The notes under the pieces are model-generated. The model had not been told where the DNA came from. It saw only the letters and a program-made list of their open reading frames with translations, and searched no databases. A stretch of 64,000 bases of DNA from Candidatus Latescibacterota bacterium (GTDB taxonomy: Bacteria; Latescibacterota; UBA2968; GCA-2709665): assembly GCA_963667175.2 (NCBI GenBank), contig CAXXXF010000011.1:56331-120330 (forward strand), in the 5' to 3' direction. This document shows, piece after piece, positions 28,682-37,445 of the stretch (its first letter is position 1; every line of letters starts with the position of its first letter). The translations under genes were made by a program, and so were the position numbers.

Positions 28682-29818
28682 TTAACGGCCCGTTGAGGAT
28701 CTCACCCGGTCGTACAACGTCTCCAGCCGCCCCCCTTGTTTCCGCATATCGTGTGCGTCTTCGACGTGCGCCCTGCCCCTCGCGCCCATTTCCTCCCGTA
28801 ACCGGCTGGACTGCAGCAGCGCATCCAGGCCCTCGGCCAGTCCGTCCACGTCCCGCTCCGGGTACAACAACGCGCACCGTCTGTCGGGCGCTACCGTTGG
28901 GATGTCCGCGTGCAGAGACGATACGATTGCCACCCCCGAGGCCATGGCCTCGATCAACGCCACGGGCGCGCCGCCTTCGGTATCGCCGTCAGCGGCGGTC
29001 ACGCTGGGATACAACAGCACGGTTGCCCGTGCGAGTTCCTCCAGACATGCCCCGTGGGGCAGCATTCCCAGCAGGGCGACCCGGTCGCCGAGCCCGAGTC
29101 GGAAGATTTCCTTTTCCACCTCCGATCGCAGTTCGCCGTCGCCGATAATGCGCACCTTCAGACCGGGATGCGATCCCAGGATCTTTCTGCATGCTCGGAG
29201 CCCGTAGACGTGTCCCTTTTTCTCCCTGAAGTTGGCGTACATCAGAACCACCGCCGCCTCCCTGGCTTCTGGCGGCGCCTGTGCGACCTTCCCCAGGTCA
29301 ACGCCCAGGCGGTGAAGTTGGACCTTTTCGGGAGGGCAACCGATGGATACGAGCGATTCGCCCATGTGCGGACCCTCAACCAGGAAGAGTTCTCCCTCGC
29401 GGAACAGCCGCTGAAACCTCCGTCTCCACAGCCGCTTCCGGGGAAGTGCCGAAGCATCCATCCCGTAGAACGTGGTGACCATCGGAACCCCGGCGCCGCG
29501 GCGCGCCGCCAGACAGAAATAACCCTCCTGCCCGAAATGGGCGTGGATGATCGCGGCCCGTTCCTCCCGAAGAATTCCGCCGTATCCGGCGTACGTTCCC
29601 CGGATCTTGCGGACGACCCGGTAGGCGGACCGGCGCAGCCGGGACAGATCTTCGCTGGAATAGAGCGTCTCAACGGGAAATACGTCCTCGTTCCGCCGGG
29701 CCCGCGTCAGCACGACGGGTCGATATCGCGACAGGCTGCGAATCTGGTCGAAACACCAGACCATGGTCAGGGTCAGAAACGGATTTGCGCAGTGCGCCAC
29801 CGTCGGCTTTTCCGGCAT
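28682..29818 (-). CDS. Glycosyltransferase family 4 (WcaL-like)
   Basis: IHAHFG, EKKG, IIGDG, PSVTAADGDTEGGAPVALIEAMASG. Confidence 0.9.
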   Translation of the reverse strand: MPEKPTVAHCANPFLTLTMVWCFDQIRSLSRYRPVVLTRARRNEDVFPVETLYSSEDLSRLRRSAYRVVRKIRGTYAGYGGILREERAAIIHAHFGQEGYFCLAARRGAGVPMVTTFYGMDASALPRKRLWRRRFQRLFREGELFLVEGPHMGESLVSIGCPPEKVQLHRLGVDLGKVAQAPPEAREAAVVLMYANFREKKGHVYGLRACRKILGSHPGLKVRIIGDGELRSEVEKEIFRLGLGDRVALLGMLPHGACLEELARATVLLYPSVTAADGDTEGGAPVALIEAMASGVAIVSSLHADIPTVAPDRRCALLYPERDVDGLAEGLDALLQSSRLREEMGARGRAHVEDAHDMRKQGGRLETLYDRVRSSTGR

Positions 29819-29907
29819 TGACTACCTCTCACGATGAAACTGATGCACGTTGCGCACGAGGCATCTCGAATTCTCCGTCGGCGCGTGTTCACGCTACGAC
29901 GAAACAC

Positions 29908-29936
29908 TTGACACCCCGCGCCGCATCGCATAATAT
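29908..29936 (+). promoter_or_regulatory. Candidate sigma70 promoter for rhaB
   Basis: TTGACA-17 nt-TAATAT, then AAGGAG RBS before ATG 29991. Confidence 0.55.
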
Positions 29937-29990
29937 CGCAAACGGTCAACTTCCGCACAACGCGATGATGGCAATCCGGAAGGAGTCGCG

Positions 29991-31481
29991 ATGCCCCAGA
30001 CCTACCTCGCGTTCGATCTCGGCGCGTCCAGTGGACGGGCCGTGATCGGCCGCTTCGACGGAAACGTCGTCGAACTCGAGGAAATCCACCGTTTCGCCAA
30101 CGGTCCGGTCTCCGTTGCGGGCGGGCTGTATTGGGATGCCCTTCGGCTCTATGAAGAATTGCTCGCCGGGCTTCGAAAGTGCGTGCAGGTCTCAGGACCG
30201 GAGCTCGCGGGCATCGGCATCGACACCTGGGGGGTGGATTTCGCACTCATGGACGCCCGAAACGAACTCCTGGGGAATCCCCGCTGTTACCGGGATCCGC
30301 GCGTCCAGGGGATGATGGAAAGGGCGTTCAGCCGCGTCTCCCGGGAGGAAATCTTCGAGCGGACCGGTCTGCAGTTTCTGGAAATCAACACACTCTATCA
30401 GCTGTTGTCCATGGCAGAAAAGAACTCGCAACACCTGCGCGTAGCCCGCACGTTCCTGATGATGCCCGATCTCTTCAACTTCTGGCTGACCGGGAGAAAA
30501 GTCTGCGAATTCTCGAACGCCACCACAACCCAGTTCTACAACCCGAGAAAGGAAGGTTGGGCGACGGACCTGTTGGAACTGCTTGAGATCCCGGCAGACA
30601 TGCTTCCCGAAATCGTCCCGCCGGGAACGCCGCTGAGCCCACTTCGTCCGGAGATTGCAGCGGATGCCGGCATCCGGTCCGGCGACGTAATCGCCCCGGC
30701 GTGCCACGACACCGCGTCTGCCGTGGCGGCCGTTCCCTTTTCGGACGCCGATGCGGCGTATATCAGTTCCGGCACATGGGCGCTTCTCGGCGCGGAACTG
30801 CCGGCCCCGAACGTAACCCCGGAAGCCCTTCGACACAACTTTACCAACGAGGGCGGCGTGTGCGGCGCCTTTCGCTTCCTCAAGAACGTTACCGGGCTGT
30901 GGACGGTCCAGGAATGCAGACGCACCTGGGAGAACCTCGGCCACGCCTATTCATTCGCCGACCTCGTCCAATTGGCGGAAGCGGCGCCCGCACTGTCCTC
31001 GTTCATCGATCCCGACCATTCGGATTTTCTGGAGCCCGGGGATATGCCGGCCCGCATCCGTACGTACTGCAGACGCACAGGACAGACCGAGCCCGCCACC
31101 GAAGGCGCCGTCATCCGGTGCGCCCTGGAGAGCCTCGCTCTCAAGTGCCGCTTCGTCCTGGACGACCTCGAGTCGGTCCTCAAACGGAAACTGCACACCA
31201 TCCACGTCGTGGGCGGGGGTATCCGGAACTCCCTCTTGAACCAGTTTACCGCCAACGCGGCCCGAAGGCCCGTTGTCGCCGGCCCGGCGGAGGCCACTGC
31301 CCTGGGAAATATCCTCATGCAGACCTTCGCACGCGGCGAAATCGGCTCGCTGAACGGGATCCGCGAAGTCGTTCGCAACTCCACGGAACTCGCGACCCTC
31401 GAGCCTGACGACGGCGACGCGTGGGAAGACGCGTACGGCCGGTTTCGCCGGTTGGTGAAGGACCAGACCCGAGACGTCTGA
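29991..31481 (+). CDS. rhaB: Rhamnulokinase (FGGY family)
   Basis: AFDLGASSGR, EIHRFAN, GIDTWGVDF, HDTASAV, ISSGTW, FTNEGG, LKNVTGLW, EATALGN. Confidence 0.9.
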   Translation: MPQTYLAFDLGASSGRAVIGRFDGNVVELEEIHRFANGPVSVAGGLYWDALRLYEELLAGLRKCVQVSGPELAGIGIDTWGVDFALMDARNELLGNPRCYRDPRVQGMMERAFSRVSREEIFERTGLQFLEINTLYQLLSMAEKNSQHLRVARTFLMMPDLFNFWLTGRKVCEFSNATTTQFYNPRKEGWATDLLELLEIPADMLPEIVPPGTPLSPLRPEIAADAGIRSGDVIAPACHDTASAVAAVPFSDADAAYISSGTWALLGAELPAPNVTPEALRHNFTNEGGVCGAFRFLKNVTGLWTVQECRRTWENLGHAYSFADLVQLAEAAPALSSFIDPDHSDFLEPGDMPARIRTYCRRTGQTEPATEGAVIRCALESLALKCRFVLDDLESVLKRKLHTIHVVGGGIRNSLLNQFTANAARRPVVAGPAEATALGNILMQTFARGEIGSLNGIREVVRNSTELATLEPDDGDAWEDAYGRFRRLVKDQTRDV

Positions 31482-31489
31482 GCCGGCAA

Positions 31490-34400
31490 TCAGAACAGGC
31501 TGAGCTGGTCCGCTTTCCTTGCCCGCCGTTCCGCGGTCAGGCGCTCCCGCTTCAGGAGTTCCGCGGGAATATCCGCAAGGAACCGGGACGGTTCCGGACG
31601 GATCCGTTCGCCGAAACGCAACCTGCTCCGCGCACTGAGCATCACGGCCTCGTCCATCGCACGGGTCAGTCCCACGAACAGCAGCCGCCGCTCCTCCTCC
31701 GGGTCCGCGTCCGCGTGCGGAATCAGCCCCTCCTCCACGCCGCAGATAATCACCACCGGGAACTCCAGCCCCTTGGCGGCGTGCAGGGTGGACAACGTGA
31801 CCGCCTCGGCCCGTGGACGCGTGGCACCGCCGATGCGTAGATAGTCTGCATCGGCGCCCAATACCAGCGTATCGAGAAAACTTCGCACGGTTTCGAAGCC
31901 GGCCGCCATCCGCGCCAGGCGGGCCAGATCCTCATCTTCTTCCGCCGCCGCCACTTCCTGCCACGCACTCACCAGCGCCTCGACGGATTCCGTCTTTGCC
32001 ATTGTTCTGAACACCGAGGCGGCATCGTTCAGCGCCGAAACCTTCTCCCGAATGGACAACGGCAGGTCGCTATCGTCCATGCCGTCATCCGTTCGGAGGA
32101 ACCGGTCGAGCGCTGCGTTTCCGGGATAAAAAACGGGGATCGCCAGCGCGCGCAACAGACGTACGCGTTCCCCGGGTCGAAACGCGTAGTTGAAAAACGC
32201 CAGCGCGTGCCGTACAGGTTCCGCCGAGAGGAACCCCTTCTGACCCACGACGCGGTATGGCAGTCCTTCTTCCACAAAACAACGCTCTATCGCCTCCGCC
32301 TGCCGGCCGGTCCTGAACAACACGGCAAAATCCGACAGGCTGCGGTCGCCCGGTCCCGCCACCGAATTCCGACCCCCGATCTCGCCGGCCTGAAGCATAT
32401 CGGCGCCGCCGATCATCCGGCTGATTTCACGGACCACCGCTATCCCCTCCGCCGTCTCCCCTGGGACGGAAACCATGCGGACGGCAACGCCCTCTCCGCG
32501 AACGGCATCCAGCCGACATGCACTCCGGATCACTGACGATGCCGCATCGACAACTTGCCGCGTGGAGCGATACGTCCTCTCCAGAACAAACGTCCGTGCG
32601 GCCGGCCTCTCCTCGCGCAGCCTGCGAAAATACGCGGGACTCGCCCCCCGGAATCCGTAGATGGCCTGATCCGGATCGCCGATCACGAAGAGACCGCCGC
32701 CGTCGCCGCCGAGGGCAGCCAACAGTTGATACTGCACCGCATTCACGTCCTGGAACTCGTCTACGAGAACGTGAACAAACCGGGTCCGGACCCGGTCGGA
32801 ACCCTCGTCTCCTTTCCGCAGCAGGGCCAGAAATTCCAGCAGAATGTCGTCGAAGTCCCACACGCCCAGCGTACACAAGCGTTCCTGGTAGGCCTCGTAG
32901 ACGTCACGCAACGCCTTCGGCGCCTCCTCCTCCGGATCGGTCTTCGCCAGTGAAATCGCCGACCGGGCATCCCGGACGGATAGGTCGGCATCCGCATCGG
33001 CGAGGACCTCGGCCAACACCTGCGCGGCCTCCACCTCGTCGATCACCTGACGCATTTGTCCCGGACCGCAGGACCTCATCAGGTCCAGCGCCACGGCATG
33101 AAACGTCCCCAGCGTCAGCCCGTCGAGCATCGTTTCGTCCGGCAACAGCGCGCGAACGCGTTCCCGCATCTCCGCGGCGGCTTTATTCGTGAACGTCACC
33201 GCCAGGATGGACTTCGGCGAGACTTCCTTCTCCAAAATAAGGCGGGCCAGGCGGTTTGTCAGCACCCGTGTCTTTCCGGTGCCCGGCCCGGCCTCCACGA
33301 TCACCGGCCCGCTGTCACAGAAAACAGCCGACCGCTGCGCCTCGTCCAATCCGCCGGGGTCCGCGGCGCCGTCTGTCCCTTGCGCTTCACCGTTCCCGCC
33401 AGATGCTTCCTTACGCTCCGGTGGCACCGCTTCCTGTTTTTCCGGCAGATCGAACAGAGCGGGTTGGCGGCTCAGGCGAGCGCGATCCTCCTCCGAGAAA
33501 ACCTGGATCCGTCCGTACACACCGTCGTAGCCTGCGGCAATTTCCACCTCTCCGGCCCGCATTCGCCGCACCCCCTCCGCCACGAGCGGCTCGCCCGCGG
33601 CGGCAATCGCCTCAGGGGACACATGGCGCAAAATGCCGAGTTCGGGCCCCAGGTCCGCCAGCAGCCGATCGTACACCCCCTGGACTCGTTTGCTGGTTGG
33701 CCCCACCCCGACCACGGATCCTATAATCTCCGGCAGCGGGATCAGGTTTTCATACGGCGGCGCCACGGCCGGCCTACCGCCCTCCTCCCGGTCCGCCAAC
33801 TGCTCGACGCGGTGCAACACGCCCACGGTCAGCCGCTTGCCGCATTCCGGACACACACAATCCGCGTCGAGCGACTGCCTGGGCGCCCAGCAGATTCCGC
33901 ATTTCCGATGCCCGTCCAGGTGATACTTGCCTTCTTCCGGATAGAACTCGAGCGTCCCCAGGAACCGATCGGGATCTCTGGTTTTCAACGCATCGTACAT
34001 GCCCCGGTACGATAGTTCGGTGTCGAAACAGGTGGCTTCCCGCGCCAGTTTCTGCGGGGAATGCGCGTCCGAATTGGAGACGATCGCGTATCGGTCCAGC
34101 ATCGACAGGCGCCAGTTCATCGGCGGGTCTGACGAGAGTCCGGTCTCCACGGCGAAGATCGCCGGCAGCATATCCTCGAAACACTCCTCGAGCGTATCGA
34201 ACCCGGAACTGGCGCCCAGCACGGCGAAATGGGGCGTCCAGATATGCGCCGGAATGAACAGCGCGTCGTCGGCCGCTTCCATGCAAATCTCGACGAGGTC
34301 CCGGCTGTCCAGTCCCAGGATGGGCCGCCCGTCCGATCTCAGGTTTCCGATGTCACCCAGCCGCGCATTCAACCGCTCCACCGCCTCGAAACCTGGCATC

Positions 34401-34735
34401 AGAACGACGTGGTGCACTTTGCGGGTCCTGTCGTTCTTCTTGTAGATCACGCTGATCTCGGTGGACAGCACGAAACGCACCGTACCCCGGCACCGCTCCG
34501 GCAGGTCTTCGTCCACCGCGGCCTGCAGTGCCGGCTTGAGCCGGAACAGCCCCTCCTCCGCGGGCTCCAGGCGGTCCTTCAATTCCTCGATCCACTCAGG
34601 ATGGGTGAAATCGCCCGTCCCGACCACGTTCACGCCCTTCAGCGCGGACCACTTGTAGAGATTCTCCGGGTTCAGTTGACGGCTCGTGGCCCTGGAAAAC
34701 CGGGAGTGCAGATGTACGTCCGCCACAAATCGCAT
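31490..34735 (-). CDS. Endonuclease Q-like PHP domain fused to UvrD/Rep SF1 helicase
   Basis: ADVHLHSRFSRATS, GTGDFTHP, SDGRP, AHIWTP, SNSDAHS, GKYHLDGHRKC..CPEC, GYDGVYG; then AGPGTGKT, VDEFQD, GDPDQAIYGFRG, TLHAAKGLEF, EERRLLFVGLTRA; C-terminal QLSLF. Confidence 0.9.
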   Translation of the reverse strand: MRFVADVHLHSRFSRATSRQLNPENLYKWSALKGVNVVGTGDFTHPEWIEELKDRLEPAEEGLFRLKPALQAAVDEDLPERCRGTVRFVLSTEISVIYKKNDRTRKVHHVVLMPGFEAVERLNARLGDIGNLRSDGRPILGLDSRDLVEICMEAADDALFIPAHIWTPHFAVLGASSGFDTLEECFEDMLPAIFAVETGLSSDPPMNWRLSMLDRYAIVSNSDAHSPQKLAREATCFDTELSYRGMYDALKTRDPDRFLGTLEFYPEEGKYHLDGHRKCGICWAPRQSLDADCVCPECGKRLTVGVLHRVEQLADREEGGRPAVAPPYENLIPLPEIIGSVVGVGPTSKRVQGVYDRLLADLGPELGILRHVSPEAIAAAGEPLVAEGVRRMRAGEVEIAAGYDGVYGRIQVFSEEDRARLSRQPALFDLPEKQEAVPPERKEASGGNGEAQGTDGAADPGGLDEAQRSAVFCDSGPVIVEAGPGTGKTRVLTNRLARLILEKEVSPKSILAVTFTNKAAAEMRERVRALLPDETMLDGLTLGTFHAVALDLMRSCGPGQMRQVIDEVEAAQVLAEVLADADADLSVRDARSAISLAKTDPEEEAPKALRDVYEAYQERLCTLGVWDFDDILLEFLALLRKGDEGSDRVRTRFVHVLVDEFQDVNAVQYQLLAALGGDGGGLFVIGDPDQAIYGFRGASPAYFRRLREERPAARTFVLERTYRSTRQVVDAASSVIRSACRLDAVRGEGVAVRMVSVPGETAEGIAVVREISRMIGGADMLQAGEIGGRNSVAGPGDRSLSDFAVLFRTGRQAEAIERCFVEEGLPYRVVGQKGFLSAEPVRHALAFFNYAFRPGERVRLLRALAIPVFYPGNAALDRFLRTDDGMDDSDLPLSIREKVSALNDAASVFRTMAKTESVEALVSAWQEVAAAEEDEDLARLARMAAGFETVRSFLDTLVLGADADYLRIGGATRPRAEAVTLSTLHAAKGLEFPVVIICGVEEGLIPHADADPEEERRLLFVGLTRAMDEAVMLSARSRLRFGERIRPEPSRFLADIPAELLKRERLTAERRARKADQLSLF

Positions 34736-34779
34736 CCTGGTTCCTCTTACGTGACGACGAAAAAAATGACGTCAGAAAC

Positions 34780-34905
34780 TACGAAACACGCGAAAAATAC
34801 GAAAAAACTCAAGAACAAGAACTCACAGGGATGGACAGGATGAAAACCAAAAAGCGCGACAAAGGCACGAGGAAACGATAAGACGAAAAAACGCGGGAAA
34901 ACGAG
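34780..34905. repeat. A-rich short degenerate repeats (ACGAAA / ACAGGATGG units)
   Basis: ACGAAACACGCGAAAAATACGAAA and ACAGGGATGGACAGGATG; a reverse-complement-related unit ATCCTGCTCATCCTGTCCATCC at about 61007-61028. Confidence 0.45.
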
Positions 34906-35099
34906 TAACTGCAGTGAGTCGAATCACCATAGACCGCACGCCGTCATTCCGCCCACTCTGAAACCCGACATTGTACTGGCCAGCCCGATTCCGGTGGCGG
35001 TCGCCGACCTCAAATGTCGTACGAAGGCTTCGCGTCTCTGTCGTATCTGTCGCGTCCGGCCGATCCTGCAGGCGCGCGGCGACGAGATTCCGCGTATTT

Positions 35100-35696
35100 T
35101 CAGGTTTCCATCTGGCGGCGGTCCGATACCCCCTCGTATTTTTCACGCCCCGACGAAACACACTGAAAAACCTGAAAACCCTTGATCTCAACCCACATAT
35201 ATATCCTGTGGCAGATATCGCACACCCGAAGCGGATGCTCTTCCGGACTCCTCTCGAAGCGGTAATCCAGATCGTCATATCCGCGACGGAGGTGCGCCAT
35301 CTCGTCGGGGCTGTAGCGTTCTGAAAGCAATGTGATAACAGCCGGAGGCAGGTCCGCCACCGCCTGCCTGAGTTTCCTTGGATCGACATCCCACGGAATC
35401 GACAGTTCATAGCCGCAAGCGCACCACCTGTCGTGCATATCCCAGTCCGACCCAAACCACCACTGGTCATAGATTCGCCGGCAGGCCTCGCACAATTCGT
35501 ACGAAACCTCGGGATCCATACCTTCTTCCCGGATGAGATCGCCGATCTGCGCACGCTCCGCGTCCGGTAAATCCCCGATTTTTCGTGTTGGCGAATGGCA
35601 CCAGGCGCACAGGTGGGAGCCCCTCCGGAGAAACACCATCAACGCGATGACTCCCCCGATCAAAACTGCTGCGAAAATCAGATACCAGATTATCAT
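35100..35696 (-). CDS. Membrane-anchored Cys-rich hypothetical protein (paralogue 2)
   Basis: N-terminal TM helix; CAWC, CEAC, CAC, CDIC; alignable with 35778-36359. Confidence 0.75.
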   Translation of the reverse strand: MIIWYLIFAAVLIGGVIALMVFLRRGSHLCAWCHSPTRKIGDLPDAERAQIGDLIREEGMDPEVSYELCEACRRIYDQWWFGSDWDMHDRWCACGYELSIPWDVDPRKLRQAVADLPPAVITLLSERYSPDEMAHLRRGYDDLDYRFERSPEEHPLRVCDICHRIYMWVEIKGFQVFQCVSSGREKYEGVSDRRQMET

Positions 35697-35777
35697 TGCA
35701 ATTGACCCTCGCCGAGCCCGGAGCCCGGCATCAACGCGCTCCCCGGAAAACCGGTAGACATCATTCGCTCCCCGACA

Positions 35778-36359
35778 TCAGTCGGGCCGATCGTATTTGG
35801 CCGTGCAGCCCGATACAACCTGGAATACCTGAAAGCCCTTGACGGGCAACCACATATAGATCCTGAAACAGTTTCTGCAGACGAACATGATGTGGTCGTT
35901 GGACACGGACGAGTACAGACGTTCGTGCAGCCCTTCCTTCCCGTATTTTCGCTCAATATACGCCATGATTTCCGGTGGAATTCCACGCAACGCGGATTTC
36001 AGGGCATCGGTATCGACGATCCAGGCGGGTCGCGACAGGTCGCAGCCACAGGCGCACTGGCGATCGATCAACTCCCAGTCCATGCGGTGCGGGCGATTGT
36101 CGCTCAACCAGCGCCAGTCGTAAATGCGCTTGCACTTCGGACAGACCTCGTACTTCTCCGGCTCCCCCGGCATTCCCTCTTCGTGAATCAGCCACCGTAC
36201 CTTTTCCCCTTCGTCACGCGGCAATAGTTCGATCGGCGCCATCGATCTCATACACCATCGGCATCGACGCATCTGGTGCTTCGTCAGAAACACGACGACG
36301 ATCACCACAGCCATAACGCCAATTGCAAAGATGGCGATTTCTTCGACGGCAACGTCCAT
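35778..36359 (-). CDS. Membrane-anchored Cys-rich hypothetical protein (paralogue 1)
   Basis: N-terminal TM helix; CRWC, CPKC, CAC, CRNC; shares EEGM, RIYMW, KGFQVFQ with 35100-35696. Confidence 0.75.
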   Translation of the reverse strand: MDVAVEEIAIFAIGVMAVVIVVVFLTKHQMRRCRWCMRSMAPIELLPRDEGEKVRWLIHEEGMPGEPEKYEVCPKCKRIYDWRWLSDNRPHRMDWELIDRQCACGCDLSRPAWIVDTDALKSALRGIPPEIMAYIERKYGKEGLHERLYSSVSNDHIMFVCRNCFRIYMWLPVKGFQVFQVVSGCTAKYDRPD

Positions 36360-36640
36360 GGAGCGTCCGCTATTGGCAATAACCCGGATTGGATGATTGC
36401 AACAGTTGAATCACAGATGCTGAGATCTGGCGACCACCCTTTTCAGAATGGCGTTCTCACACACGGCAACAAACGAACTACCATGTCGTCAGGCAGGAAA
36501 TGTACTGTCCAGTATAGCGTTTCCGGTGACGAAATACAAGCTCCGAGACAATGCCGATACCGGGGAAATTCAATCAAACTCGACCTGTCCTTCAGCGCGT
36601 CACCTGACACAGAATCTCGCTACAATGCGCAAGAAAACGC

Positions 36641-36669
36641 TTGTCAATAATCAGCAAGAATTGTAAGCT
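36641..36669 (+). promoter_or_regulatory. Candidate sigma70 promoter for the BREX operon
   Basis: TTGTCA-17 nt-TAAGCT in the AT-richer intergenic region upstream of brxF. Confidence 0.35.
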
Positions 36670-36931
36670 ATATGACAGTTGCGTCCGGTCTCGGATATTG
36701 GTTGCCTGGACGTCTGTGAATCGTCGTCAATGAGTGACACCGATAACGCGTAATTGAGCACGATGCAGTCGTTCGTACACCATGAATTGTCTCGATTTGA
36801 CCTCTCGATATTTACGCAGGGAAGACCGAATTTCAACAGACTGTAATGTGCTCGAAGAATGTACGGAGTATTCAAGAATAACGATAGTTTGGGCAAAATA
36901 TCCAACGATGTAACGAGTTCGTAGGAGTAAC

Positions 36932-37411
36932 ATGATAGCGGAGCCCCTTGCAGAACAAATCATGCGAAAGGTCAAGCAGGCCGATGAGCTCTATTACCGG
37001 CTCCTCCTGGTCGTCGGACCCACCGGAACAGGCAAAACCACTGCGTTGCAGAATGTGCAATATCGCACTGGTGCGCCTCTGGTGAATGTCAACCTCGAGC
37101 TTTCTCGCCGGATGCTGGAGTTGACCGAGCGCCAGCGGGGGTTACAGATGCCTCGTCAATTTCAAGAGATTGTCAGCAAAGGCGGCAATGAAATGATCCT
37201 GCTCGACAACATTGAACTCATCTTTGACGTTGCCCTAAAGCAGGATCCGCTTAGACTGCTCCAGGGACTCTCACGCAACAGGACCTTCGTGGCCGCGTGG
37301 AACGGCGCCATCGTTGAAGGTCTTTTGATCTATGCCGCTCCGGCCCATCAGGAGTACAGACGCTATCCTGTGCGTGATTTTCTGGTGGCAAGCCCGGAGC
37401 CGATGATATGA
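36932..37411 (+). CDS. brxF: BREX-3 P-loop protein BrxF
   Basis: [61 protein letters not shown]...H.EYR.Y; AGGAG RBS. Confidence 0.9.
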   Translation: MIAEPLAEQIMRKVKQADELYYRLLLVVGPTGTGKTTALQNVQYRTGAPLVNVNLELSRRMLELTERQRGLQMPRQFQEIVSKGGNEMILLDNIELIFDVALKQDPLRLLQGLSRNRTFVAAWNGAIVEGLLIYAAPAHQEYRRYPVRDFLVASPEPMI

Positions 37412-37445
37412 AGACAGCAATTCCCATCGCACGGGAGCAGGCGCT

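Noticed and set aside
31490-34735. UvrD fusion as a Gabija B or as the missing BREX helicase
   Set aside because: It is an SF1 helicase with host-like GC, on the opposite strand outside the operon; BrxHII is an SF2/SNF2 helicase.
36361-36931. Hidden gene or ncRNA upstream of brxF
   Set aside because: Short ORFs lack RBS and motifs and no convincing structure was seen; treated as a promoter region.
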